DNA of 64,000 nt, taken from sequence record NC_019401.1; one strand, given 5' to 3'. Every line of letters starts with the position of its first letter. The first letter of the stretch is position 1. The translations under genes were made by a program, and so were the position numbers. The notes under the pieces are model-generated. The model was given only the letters and a program-made list of their open reading frames with translations, was not told the origin of the DNA and did no database searches. Below are positions 23,890 to 33,307 of this stretch, piece after piece.

Positions 23890-24237
23890 ATGGTACTGCT
23901 CAGTACTGAACGGGAAAGCATAATGAGTACTAATTCGGTTCTATTAATTATTGCTGGTATGCTATTAGTTACATTGATCATTATGTATTTTATTAGTAAG
24001 CGTTTAGCTAAGGATCTTTTTCTTAAAACCTTTGATCAAAATGAAAAAGAATCTACTACCCCAAGCCCTTATACGATACGTCGCGAATATATTACTTATA
24101 GTGGTCGTGATTATTATTATATCTATAAAGGCAATCAACGGGTTGACACTCAAACATTCGTAACTGCCAAAGCTGCTCAAATTTCAATGAATGAGCTTGA
24201 ACAACTTGGCGGGTATAAAAAGACGAAGGTGGTATAA
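23890..24237 (+). CDS. membrane-anchored paralogue 1 (SPY...GYK family)
   Basis: N-terminal TM; PSPY..; ELEQLGGYKKT. Confidence 0.7.
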   Translation: MVLLSTERESIMSTNSVLLIIAGMLLVTLIIMYFISKRLAKDLFLKTFDQNEKESTTPSPYTIRREYITYSGRDYYYIYKGNQRVDTQTFVTAKAAQISMNELEQLGGYKKTKVV

Positions 24238-24590
24238 TGACTGACGTACAAATTATAATTATTTGCACAGCAATTGTAGCATTTTGTGCATGGTCAATTC
24301 ATAACAGTACTAAAACAATTGCTGCTCGTTTACATTGTCGGGTAATGGGAATTCCTTACGAGGAACCTAAACAGAGCAAACCCTTACCATCAAGTCCTTA
24401 TAGTATTATTCATACGTGCTCAAATAAAGGTACTTGGGGTTTTTGTGTAACGAAGCATGGTGAGATTTACCGTTCCAGTACATATGCATCAGCACCCGTA
24501 TATCCAAAACTCGAAGCTGCTATTCAAGTAATGAATGCATACGAAAAAATCGAAGGATATAAAATAACAACTATTGAGGATGTTGAATGA
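24237..24590 (+). CDS. membrane-anchored paralogue 2
   Basis: SSPYSI; GFCVTKHGEI; EKIEGYK. Confidence 0.75.
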   Translation: MTDVQIIIICTAIVAFCAWSIHNSTKTIAARLHCRVMGIPYEEPKQSKPLPSSPYSIIHTCSNKGTWGFCVTKHGEIYRSSTYASAPVYPKLEAAIQVMNAYEKIEGYKITTIEDVE

Positions 24591-24901
24591 GTACTTTAAT
24601 CATTTGCTGTACGGTAGCTTTCTGTGTATTGTGTCTCACCGTATACAATATAAAGAAAGTATCTGCCGACCTTTATAAAAAAGTCTGCATCGATGATAAT
24701 CTACCAAAAAGTCCATATGGATTAATACGTACTAAAAATTATTTAGGAAATATGGGATATACAATCACAAAAAATGGCGAAATAATTTATATCCCTGGTA
24801 CTGATAATAAACAATATGAAGTTTATTCAAGTCTTTCAAGTGCAATTGACCATATAAACATCCTCGAAAAAATTGATGGTTATAAATTAACAGAACTATA
24901 A
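24587..24901 (+). CDS. membrane-anchored paralogue 3
   Basis: KSPYGL; GYTITKNGEI; EKIDGYK. Confidence 0.75.
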   Translation: MSTLIICCTVAFCVLCLTVYNIKKVSADLYKKVCIDDNLPKSPYGLIRTKNYLGNMGYTITKNGEIIYIPGTDNKQYEVYSSLSSAIDHINILEKIDGYKLTEL

Positions 24902-24912
24902 GGCTAAACAAA

Positions 24913-25209
24913 ATGAATGTTTTAATTTGTGTTGTAATTTGTTTTGTATCTGTTTGTATTACTATTTTCCTGAACAAAAGAACAGCGGCTAAGCTTTATC
25001 AAAGTTTAGTACTTGAAGCTGATAAACCAGAAAGCCCATACAGCGTTTCGCGTGAACATGGGCCAGGTGGTTGGGGTTACTGCATTACCAAGAATGGCGA
25101 AGTTATGTACAGTGATAATAAGTCACGTGTATTTCGTAAAATCGAAGATGCTGTAACCGAAATTAATAAGCTTGAAGGTGTACAAGGATACAAAAAAACT
25201 CGTGTCTAA
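24913..25209 (+). CDS. membrane-anchored paralogue 4
   Basis: ESPYSV; GYCITKNGEV; EGVQGYKKT. Confidence 0.75.
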   Translation: MNVLICVVICFVSVCITIFLNKRTAAKLYQSLVLEADKPESPYSVSREHGPGGWGYCITKNGEVMYSDNKSRVFRKIEDAVTEINKLEGVQGYKKTRV

Positions 25210-25396
25210 GTTATCAAAATTTTTAAACAGTTCTAAATGCTCTAAATGTGGCTGTACTGGAATTCATGCTTGCATGGGTGATATTAATCAGCCAGGGCTT
25301 GACAATCGCAATCTTGGGATTTATAATACTCTGGAAGAAGCCATCGATCACGTTCGGCGGTCAGAGGCGAAAACCAGAAGGAAGCGAAAAAAATGA
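25172..25396 (+). CDS. hypothetical protein
   Basis: ORF track; CxxCxC motif. Confidence 0.5.
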   Translation: MKVYKDTKKLVSKLSKFLNSSKCSKCGCTGIHACMGDINQPGLDNRNLGIYNTLEEAIDHVRRSEAKTRRKRKK

Positions 25397-25605
25397 CTGG
25401 AACTCTTGTAGTTGTTGAAAATTTCGAAATCGAATTTGGTGTTGAACAGAAACGTTTGTTCAAAGCATTCGAAAATATTGAAACCTTTGAAAACTATTGT
25501 CTGAACAATGGTATTCGCATTTTAAAAGGTGCATTTGGTACTAAGTACTATGACGATACCTACGGGTATATTGTAAATCACGTGGAGCTTATTAGTGAAA
25601 GTTGA
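25393..25605 (+). CDS. hypothetical protein
   Basis: ATGA overlap. Confidence 0.6.
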   Translation: MTGTLVVVENFEIEFGVEQKRLFKAFENIETFENYCLNNGIRILKGAFGTKYYDDTYGYIVNHVELISES

Positions 25606-26077
25606 AACAGGTACAGTTATTAAAAAAGGTTTTATCGTAGAAATTGAATCTTGGGAAAACGATGCAGACAATTATGGTACTGTAATTACTTCTGGCTTAA
25701 CAAAAGTAGAAGCTGATTTTCTAGTAACTATTGCTCGTGCTTTTGTATCAAAGAATGGTTCTTATAAAAATCGTTCTGCATCGGGATTTGGTAATGATGA
25801 AATCAATACTCGTGTTATTACCTTTCTGGTTAAAACAATTTGTGAACTTAACGAAGAAAGTAAAGCATCAGTACTTGAACGCTTTTCACTCACCAATTAT
25901 GAAGAATTTGATAAAGGTGACTGGATTTCGTTCTTGAATGATTTCGTAACTGGCGATCCTGTTGAATACGATTGGGATTTCTGTCGCGTAGTTGAGACGA
26001 TCACGGTGAAATATTTGGAAAACGATTTTGTTGTTCCACATATTGATATTAAAGAAATTTCGAACGAAACTATTTAA
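25595..26077 (+). CDS. hypothetical protein
   Basis: 160 aa ORF. Confidence 0.7.
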   Translation: MKVETGTVIKKGFIVEIESWENDADNYGTVITSGLTKVEADFLVTIARAFVSKNGSYKNRSASGFGNDEINTRVITFLVKTICELNEESKASVLERFSLTNYEEFDKGDWISFLNDFVTGDPVEYDWDFCRVVETITVKYLENDFVVPHIDIKEISNETI

Positions 26078-26115
26078 TATACTTAGTACTTATAACTTAA
26101 ACACTGGTAAGATAT

Positions 26116-26502
26116 ATGAAAAAAGTTCTACTACTTTTAGGGATACTGGTACTTGTAGGTTGTGAACCGTTTCCCGATAAACCTTCATCATCAAGTACTG
26201 ATTCATCTGCAAGTACTGAAAGTACGCAAAGTGCACCTGAAAGTGAAAGCGAATCCTCTGATATTTCTTATAAAGCACAGAAAAACATTCGTATTTCAGA
26301 TAACGAAGTTGTGATCTATCAAGGTTCAATGAACAATGTTCAAACAGTAAAACGTGTTGAAGATAAAGATGCGGTTTGCTGGGTTACAATGAACAGTAAA
26401 GACTGGACAAGTTCAATCAGTTGCTTACCACGTTCACAGCTATCTACGCCAGTTGAGCCAGAAACAACCAATACTGATACGAAACCAGAAGTACAACACT
26501 AA
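26116..26502 (+). CDS. lipoprotein
   Basis: MKKVLLLLGILVLVG-C lipobox; Ser-rich linker. Confidence 0.75.
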   Translation: MKKVLLLLGILVLVGCEPFPDKPSSSSTDSSASTESTQSAPESESESSDISYKAQKNIRISDNEVVIYQGSMNNVQTVKRVEDKDAVCWVTMNSKDWTSSISCLPRSQLSTPVEPETTNTDTKPEVQH

Positions 26503-26722
26503 AAGCGTAAAGTACTCCTAAATAATTAGTACAGAATAGGAGTACTTTATGTTTATTTTAAGTAAAATTTGGTCTGCCCTAAAATGTTTATGGACTGCTC
26601 TATGCGAAGAACCTGCCAATAATGTTTTAGGACAGGATTTACCACCTGATGAACCTTCAGATAATGACCAACCACCACAATAAAAACAAGGGAGCTTATG
26701 CTCCCTATTTTATAGGCACATA

Positions 26723-27226
26723 ATGAAAACAGTTTCTAATATCGAAGAAATGACAATTGAGATTATTAATCAATTTGCCAGTACTTTTAAACATGGTTTT
26801 GAACCATATAAGTATGTCTTTGAAAACGATACTATAAAAATCAATAATAATGATGGTGTAACAGTACTGTTAATAACCAAAGAATCCATAACTATCCGAG
26901 ACGTTATTCAGGATGCTATTGACGATATAAAGTATCAGCAAGATCTACAAATTGCTCAGGTGAGAAATAAAGCGTTGTTAGAAGAATTCAAAAAATATAA
27001 TTTTGATCCACTAGTATTTCAAGTATTGCAGAATAATGCAATTTATATTAGTAAACCTGAACCAAATTATAAAACATTTAAGTACTTTAATACGGAAGAA
27101 CAATGGTTTCAACAAAGTACTGTACATGAAAATGTATTACCGTATGAATCATCAAAACAAATAAACAAAATAAAGCAAGCCGTTATGAAGGACTTGTCAA
27201 TACAGTGGATAGTATACAGTGAGTGA
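26723..27226 (+). CDS. EExxFQxST-family protein
   Basis: NTEEQWFQQSTVHEN. Confidence 0.7.
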   Translation: MKTVSNIEEMTIEIINQFASTFKHGFEPYKYVFENDTIKINNNDGVTVLLITKESITIRDVIQDAIDDIKYQQDLQIAQVRNKALLEEFKKYNFDPLVFQVLQNNAIYISKPEPNYKTFKYFNTEEQWFQQSTVHENVLPYESSKQINKIKQAVMKDLSIQWIVYSE

Positions 27227-27848
27227 TTTGATTAACAGACATAATATAGTACAATTTTTTTATGATTCATTATCTGATTTAAAAATCAGTGATCAAAGTA
27301 CTGATAGTTGTATGGTATATACCATAGAAGACATTATAAAAATAGAAAGATATGTAAAAGAAAACAGATTTGTTTTTTATATGCACCTTCATGGTTTTGC
27401 AACCGAAGACGAATTTGATGTTCAATCTCATGTATATAATCCAGCCACCGGCGTAATCCATAAAGTAGAAACTGAAATCATTGGATTAGCCAAAGTTATG
27501 GAATACCATAATGGAAAACTTGATATGGTAAGTGCTGCTGAAAATGATAACTGGATTACTTACATTAAAAAACAGGTGAGTTTTCGACAACCTAATTCAT
27601 GGCAATGGGAACCAAAACTTGTTAAGGAATTTGAAACTAAATTAAATTTATCTTTCAAAAAATTACCATTGTCTGAAGAAGCACACTTTCAGCAGATAAC
27701 AATTGACCCACTTGTTCTTGAATTAGATTATTGTTTAATGGTTGATGACATTATCAACTTCTTAAATGGAACTGGATCTATCGTACAGGTTAATCCTAAT
27801 TTGAAAGTACATTTATTGTTTAACGGGAAATTTCGCAGGGATGCCTGA
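27219..27848 (+). CDS. EExxFQxST-family protein
   Basis: LSEEAHFQQIT; 3' end overlaps tRNA-Cys. Confidence 0.65.
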   Translation: MSDLINRHNIVQFFYDSLSDLKISDQSTDSCMVYTIEDIIKIERYVKENRFVFYMHLHGFATEDEFDVQSHVYNPATGVIHKVETEIIGLAKVMEYHNGKLDMVSAAENDNWITYIKKQVSFRQPNSWQWEPKLVKEFETKLNLSFKKLPLSEEAHFQQITIDPLVLELDYCLMVDDIINFLNGTGSIVQVNPNLKVHLLFNGKFRRDA

Positions 27849-27912
27849 GATGGCTTAAAGGAGCGGATTGCAAATCCGATGTTCGGGGGTTCGAATCCCC
27901 CTCCCTGCTCCA
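27835..27912 (+). tRNA. tRNA-Cys(GCA)
   Basis: GCAGGGA/TCCCTGC; CGGA-TTGCAAA-TCCG; U73 and CCA. Confidence 0.93.
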
Positions 27913-27931
27913 ATTTTATAAAGGAACGCAT

Positions 27932-28291
27932 ATGCACCATTTTAATAGTTTAAAAGAAATAGCAAAGTTTTTTGACATTAACTACTGTCATTTTCTTAGA
28001 TATGATGACCATACAATTGAATATAATGGCATTACTTATCTAATGGAACTTGATGAAACTGCTCCAGTACCGTTAGTGAAACTCGGCTATTATGATGATG
28101 AAGGTGATCTAAATCTACTACTATGCATTGTTGATTTTGGTCTTTTAATCAATACTGACATGACAGAAGATGATAAGCCAGCTATCTATGAGTACGTTGA
28201 TATTATCAAAAATGATCTATTTGATTTAGGTCTGTATGATATTGCTAGATTCAACTTTATTCTGCACCGTGCCAAGAAAGATATGGTGTAG
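27932..28291 (+). CDS. hypothetical protein
   Basis: AAGGA RBS. Confidence 0.7.
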   Translation: MHHFNSLKEIAKFFDINYCHFLRYDDHTIEYNGITYLMELDETAPVPLVKLGYYDDEGDLNLLLCIVDFGLLINTDMTEDDKPAIYEYVDIIKNDLFDLGLYDIARFNFILHRAKKDMV

Positions 28292-28406
28292 TGTGTTTTT
28301 ATACAGTGCTAATGTACTGATATAGAAGAAAAAATTTATAAAAAACGTCTTGACAGCGTGATCCATCCATGACAAAATGAATTCAACTTGATTTAGAGGA
28401 CATATC

Positions 28407-28595
28407 ATGATGATCACGCAGAAGCGATTGGGTGAAATCGAGCAAGAACTGCTGAAAATACAGCAAGAGTTGCAGCAAGTGATTGTTACCGATAAAGACG
28501 AAAATCGATTTGGTATTACTTTATTTCAAAATGATTCAGTCTTTAGCATTAGTCGTGCAAGACAACGTGTAAGAAATCTTTCAAAATTAATCTGA
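28407..28595 (+). CDS. small helical protein, tandem paralogue A
   Basis: RLGEIEQEL..QQELQQVI..QN..SI..AR shared with the next ORF. Confidence 0.7.
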   Translation: MMITQKRLGEIEQELLKIQQELQQVIVTDKDENRFGITLFQNDSVFSISRARQRVRNLSKLI

Positions 28596-28602
28596 GGTTC
28601 AT

Positions 28603-28806
28603 ATGTCCAAATTAACACCAGAACGTTTAAGTCAGATTGAAAACCAATTAATGAATCTTCAACATGAGTTACAAACTGTAATAATTGTTGATGATTCAAT
28701 TAAAAAATCAGCTTATGCATCACAAAATCATATTGTTGGGAGCATCGCTGAAGCACGTAATGAATTAAATTATTTGATTAAGTCAATCAAGGCGACATAC
28801 AATTAA
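28603..28806 (+). CDS. small helical protein, tandem paralogue B
   Basis: RLSQIENQL..QHELQTVI..QN..SI..AR. Confidence 0.7.
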   Translation: MSKLTPERLSQIENQLMNLQHELQTVIIVDDSIKKSAYASQNHIVGSIAEARNELNYLIKSIKATYN

Positions 28807-28812
28807 TTTAAT

Positions 28813-28887
28813 GGTCAGTTAGTTCAGTTGGTAGAACGTTTCACTCATAATGGAGAGGCTTCACTGGTTCAAGTCCAGTACTGACCA
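28813..28887 (+). tRNA. tRNA-Met/Ile2(CAT)
   Basis: GGTCAGT/ACTGACC; TTTCA-CTCATAA-TGGAG. Confidence 0.9.
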
Positions 28888-29628
28888 CTAATTATATTTT
28901 TCATCCCAAATACGAATTCGTTCTAAGAGTTCTTCATATGTAATACTAGATGTACTATGTTTTATAGTATTATCAGTTTGAAGCATTATAGAACAATTTG
29001 CTGGATGTTTAAGAATTGACGGGTCAACTTTATTGTAGTATCCGTCATATACTGAATACATATGATCACGAGAAACTCCTTTTGGATTTTTCTTTGGGTG
29101 GAACATGCCATGTTCTTCCAATAAAGATAAATCATATTCATCTGGATAATTTCTCAAATCATGTGTAAAATTACAGAGTCCACGGTATTCTGTTATGGTT
29201 CTACATGATGGACAAAATTCATGCTTGAAGCACCCTAATGAAATTTCTTTAATGCCACATTTAGGACAATTTCTAGTATTAACAAATTTTCGTGGGCGAT
29301 GTGGCGATATTTTAGTACTACAATCTTCACACAATTTTCTTTTTTTATCAGTGGTTGTTTTTTCATTTTCACACACTTGACAAATATAAGTATAAGTCGA
29401 TGATAAAGATTTGGAAATTGAAAGTGCTTTGGCTTGTAATTGTTCTTTAGTTCTGTTAGAATTATTGTACTTTGCTGCACACGAACTATTACAAAATTTT
29501 TTACTAGAGTGAATTAATTTTTTGCATGTTAGACATGAATTGGTTTGACACTTCTCATAATGAGATTTAATATTGCATGTAGATATTTCTTCATGACATT
29601 TTAAGCAAGAACATTTTTTATGAATCAT
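28888..29628 (-). mobile_element. free-standing HNH-type homing endonuclease with Zn-ribbon repeats
   Basis: Several CxxC pairs; C-terminal SRDHM...HPANC...DN; AGGAG RBS; lies between two CAT tRNAs. Confidence 0.75.
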
Positions 29629-29647
29629 TTTATTTTCTCCTTTTTGA

Positions 29648-29655
29648 TATTTATA
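29648..29655 (-). promoter_or_regulatory. T4-type late promoter for the endonuclease
   Basis: TATAAATA on the minus strand 20 nt upstream of ATG. Confidence 0.65.
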
Positions 29656-29710
29656 AAAAGATTGGCGATGAAGGTTCGAAATCGGTATCTAAAAAAAAAT
29701 TAAAAATTTT

Positions 29711-29739
29711 TGAAACGGTTCTAAAAAATGTGGTATAAT
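29711..29739 (+). promoter_or_regulatory. TGAAAC-N17-TATAAT promoter (RNA-gene class)
   Basis: Directly upstream of tRNA-Met. Confidence 0.75.
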
Positions 29740-29755
29740 ATACACATAAAGAAAT

Positions 29756-29835
29756 TGCGGAGTAGAGCAGTCTGGTAGCTTGCAAGGCTCATAACCTTGA
29801 GGTCGTGTTTGGTTCGAATCCCACCTCCGCATCCA
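29756..29835 (+). tRNA. tRNA-Met(CAT), initiator-like D arm
   Basis: TGCGGAG/CTCCGCA; GAGC-AGTCTGGTA-GCTT; CAAGG-CTCATAA-CCTTG; TTT bulge in T stem; CCA. Confidence 0.88.
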
Positions 29836-29851
29836 ATTTTAAGAAGTATAT

Positions 29852-29924
29852 GGGGCTATAGCTCAGTTGGGAGAGCGTCTGCCTTGCACGTAGAAGGTCA
29901 ACGGTTCGAACCCGTTTAGCTCCA
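29852..29924 (+). tRNA. tRNA-Ala(TGC)
   Basis: GGGGCTA/TAGCTCC with G3:U70; TCTGC-CTTGCAC-GTAGA. Confidence 0.95.
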
Positions 29925-30105
29925 CAAAGTACTATATACTTATCGTCTAACGTTTAACTTGCATGACAGACATTACTTGTTGTAATAGTTGAATAGGATA
30001 CTGTACTACCCGCAGATGGTAGTAAGAGATACAAGTGAAAGTCTTGTTAAGTATGCCAGTTTAAAGAAACAAAAAGTAAGTAACTAAGAAACCAATCAAA
30101 AACCA

Positions 30106-30795
30106 ATGAGGTATATCATGCAAGTTCAATTTAAAAACGCACTATTCGGTCTTAAAGATTACGATTTCGCTGTTGTTAATGATACAACTTTGAACATCGT
30201 TCTCAAAAAACGTGTTATCGAACTCGAATTCGATTCTCATGAAGAAGCAATGGCTGCACAAACCGAACTCGGTGAAGTTCTTTCTGCTGCTGAAGGTAAA
30301 TCTTTCTCTGTAACTGATCTTATCGAAGATGCCGCTGATGTTGTTAATGGTGTTCTCGGCGGTCTGTTTGGTTCAGTGAAAGCAAAAGCGTCCAAAGCTT
30401 CTACCAGCTTCGAAGAACGTGCTCAGCAAATGGCTTCTGACCTTGAAGAAGTTATCAAAACTGTAACTACTGCTGCTGAACGTACCACCAGTGCTACAGC
30501 ATCTGAAGCAAATGATGTTTTCGGTACTACTCGCAGTACTAAAGCGGCAACGGATACCGTAATTGCTGATCTATCCGACGATGCACTTCGTGCTGCAATC
30601 AACACCAAAGTTGAACAACTAATTGCAAATGATGCACGTGTTCAAGCACTTGTTGAAGAACTTCGTAGCTTCTACAGTGATGCACAGGTACAAGAAATCA
30701 TCGATCTTCGCAAAGAGCAAGTGTTTGATATTGCTCGTCAGAACGATGACCTAACTGTTACCGAAGTACTTGCTCGTATTCTTCGTAGCATCTAA
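30106..30795 (+). CDS. helical hypothetical protein
   Basis: 229 aa; highly biased codon use; GAGG RBS before ATG 30118. Confidence 0.8.
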   Translation: MRYIMQVQFKNALFGLKDYDFAVVNDTTLNIVLKKRVIELEFDSHEEAMAAQTELGEVLSAAEGKSFSVTDLIEDAADVVNGVLGGLFGSVKAKASKASTSFEERAQQMASDLEEVIKTVTTAAERTTSATASEANDVFGTTRSTKAATDTVIADLSDDALRAAINTKVEQLIANDARVQALVEELRSFYSDAQVQEIIDLRKEQVFDIARQNDDLTVTEVLARILRSI

Positions 30796-30850
30796 GTTAA
30801 AGTTTTAAAATTAAGGCAGCCATTGGCTGCCTTTTGTCGTTTGGAGTTAT

Positions 30851-31393
30851 ATGAAAGTAACAGAACAGTACCGAAAGATCGGTGTACAAGAATACTATAA
30901 AGATAGAAATACTCAACAAAACTATATCAATCCACATGCTGAATATGTTAATGAAAGCCTCCTGAATGCATTCTATGGGTACTTTACAGAAGATGCTACC
31001 GTACTGGATTTGTGCTGCGGTAATGGCCTGGTAAGCTCTGTATTGAAGTCTTGTGGAGTATTGAATATAGAAGGTGCTGACAAATATATGTTCGAACGGT
31101 ACACCGAAGAAACAGGATTTAACTGTTACCATTATTCATTCGAAGATATAGCAGACTTTAATTGTATGTTTGATAAGTATTATGATGTTATCATTTGTAG
31201 CTATGCATTTGATATAGTTCCTGAATCTTACAGAAACAAGTTGCTATACGCTTTAAGTACTTATACTGATACGTTGATACTAATAAGACCTAACTCACAT
31301 GAAATCAATTCTGAACTATGGGAGTTGATGTATAAGAATAAAGTACATAAAAGTACTGCTACAATATATAAGAAAAAAGAAAGGCACTCATAA
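30851..31393 (+). CDS. class I SAM-dependent methyltransferase
   Basis: VLDLCCGNG motif I; GAD acidic motif II. Confidence 0.8.
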   Translation: MKVTEQYRKIGVQEYYKDRNTQQNYINPHAEYVNESLLNAFYGYFTEDATVLDLCCGNGLVSSVLKSCGVLNIEGADKYMFERYTEETGFNCYHYSFEDIADFNCMFDKYYDVIICSYAFDIVPESYRNKLLYALSTYTDTLILIRPNSHEINSELWELMYKNKVHKSTATIYKKKERHS

Positions 31394-31405
31394 GAGTGCC
31401 TTTTT
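31381..31405. terminator. bidirectional terminator
   Basis: AAGGCACTC-ATAA-GAGTGCCTT with A and T runs between convergent genes. Confidence 0.75.
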
Positions 31406-31407
31406 AA

Positions 31408-32541
31408 TTATATTTTACCTGCTATAACAACTTTACCAGTAAAATTATCATTACTAACTAACGTTATATTATCAGAGTCATCAATTATAATCATTATAGA
31501 TACAAGTTTAGTTGTATCATAAACGGATAATGATGGATTAATCTTATTATGAGTACTGAATGGTATTACCATTTTATACGCGGAACCATCCAACACCCAA
31601 GCTAGTGGAGAACTGTAAACAGTATTTTGATTGGTTGGACCAATAATAACTACATCCATATCTTGTGCAGAATCTTGTGTAATTGTTATATTACCATTTG
31701 AATCTACAGATACATCTGGATTATAAATTACCCCATTTGGATTCTGAATTTGAATTACTAAGTCAGTGCCGCGATTATGCTCTGTTTCGGTTAATGTATA
31801 GCTAAAAGTACCGTCACCATTGGCTACGAACTGACTAGCAGATACTGGAACATTAGTCGCGAAATCCGTTTCTTCTCCTGCTGGATGTACTTCGAATGGT
31901 ACAGTTGCAGTATTATAATGCGGAGACGTTATAGTGATTGTTCCCATACCAGGTTCAACAAACTGAACGTTAGTAAATCTAAAGACTCTATTAAGAACTG
32001 TAGTTGTATACTCAGTACCGTCAGGAGTAGTTAAAGTTACTATCATCCCATCTTCATTTAGAACACCACTTATAGCACTTACAGAACCAGTGACAGTTGT
32101 ACTATCAACAGTTACTGTATTAACTACAATGGTTCCTAAATCTGGTGTAGGGATATTACATTCAGGTGTATACATATCATATAGATATATACCGTTACTA
32201 AGAACGACTTTATTATACAAGAAACGGATCACGAACCCGTACTGAGACATAACATCATTATATCCACGAACGAAAAATGAATTGACAGGAATAACTTCCA
32301 GCAATTCATCATTCGAAAGACTATAATCTAATACTCTGTTATTTGTGTTATAACCAGTTAATTGTACTTTCTGATATATCACATTGGAAACAGGATCAAT
32401 GAGGTCGAATACATTTATAGAACGTTGTTTATAGATTCTTACATTCTTCAACTTAGTTCCATTTTTAAGTAATGCACCGTCCACAACAAACCCACATACA
32501 CCATATGGATAATCATTTGTACCAGCGATTGGTTTTGCCAT
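31408..32541 (-). CDS. probable virion structural protein (beta-rich, Ig-like)
   Basis: 377 aa, Thr/Val-rich beta pattern; minus-strand late-type orientation; GGGAG RBS. Confidence 0.6.
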   Translation of the reverse strand: MAKPIAGTNDYPYGVCGFVVDGALLKNGTKLKNVRIYKQRSINVFDLIDPVSNVIYQKVQLTGYNTNNRVLDYSLSNDELLEVIPVNSFFVRGYNDVMSQYGFVIRFLYNKVVLSNGIYLYDMYTPECNIPTPDLGTIVVNTVTVDSTTVTGSVSAISGVLNEDGMIVTLTTPDGTEYTTTVLNRVFRFTNVQFVEPGMGTITITSPHYNTATVPFEVHPAGEETDFATNVPVSASQFVANGDGTFSYTLTETEHNRGTDLVIQIQNPNGVIYNPDVSVDSNGNITITQDSAQDMDVVIIGPTNQNTVYSSPLAWVLDGSAYKMVIPFSTHNKINPSLSVYDTTKLVSIMIIIDDSDNITLVSNDNFTGKVVIAGKI

Positions 32542-32718
32542 ATATCACTCCCTAGTTATTTCTAGTATTTATTTTAACATCTCTAATTTTCCTTGACTTT
32601 TTCCGCATGTTCCAGTACTCTATTAGTTGAGGAAAAACAAGCTCCTAGAGAAGATTTTTATTTGACAGAGAGCAAAAATTTTGATACAATGAAGTACAAT
32701 TTAATTGAGGTATTTTTT

Positions 32719-33297
32719 ATGACACGTCTAGTTATTCGTGAAGACAAAATGAAGATTCGTTTGCACCAGGATGAGGCAGAATCTTTTATGGCGAAGGCCG
32801 CAGCAAAAGCTGAAAAATACAATAAACTCGCTCCAGGCAATCAGTCACCTTATGGCTTTAATCATGCTCACTCTCACTTAGTTGGTATGGCAGCAGAACA
32901 TGCTTCATGGATACTCTTTAATGAGATTGAAGCATTGACCGGAACTCATCTGAATATAGATCCCGCATATCAAGATGACCGTCGCGAAGGTGAATGTGAT
33001 CTTTATGTTGCGGGAATGCGAATTGAAGTTAAAGGCATCAAGTATGGCTCGTGGTTACGTTTCGGGCCGTGCATCAGTGCTCGCCAGCTTCCAAAAATTA
33101 AAAAGAAAGCTGACATTGTACTGTGGGCGTTGTATAATGAACGGGTTCAGGAATTTACGTTCGAGGGTTATAATTTCGTACATGAAATTGAAACTCTGGA
33201 AACAGTACTGACTGGTGCAGAAGGTCGCCCGAAGATTGAAAACTATCCCGTTATGTCAATCATCAAACCACTGCAAGATCTTAAACTCGCAAGCTAA
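32719..33297 (+). CDS. PD-(D/E)XK nuclease-like protein
   Basis: GMAAEHA helix, D...D, IEVK; start moved to ATG 32719 (GAGG RBS). Confidence 0.55.
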   Translation: MTRLVIREDKMKIRLHQDEAESFMAKAAAKAEKYNKLAPGNQSPYGFNHAHSHLVGMAAEHASWILFNEIEALTGTHLNIDPAYQDDRREGECDLYVAGMRIEVKGIKYGSWLRFGPCISARQLPKIKKKADIVLWALYNERVQEFTFEGYNFVHEIETLETVLTGAEGRPKIENYPVMSIIKPLQDLKLAS

Positions 33298-33307
33298 GAG
33301 GCGTAAA

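Noticed and set aside
29930-30065. Hairpins downstream of tRNA-Ala (TACTACC/GGTAGTA, ATTAC/GTAAT)
   Set aside because: Only short local stems; too little to call an ncRNA.
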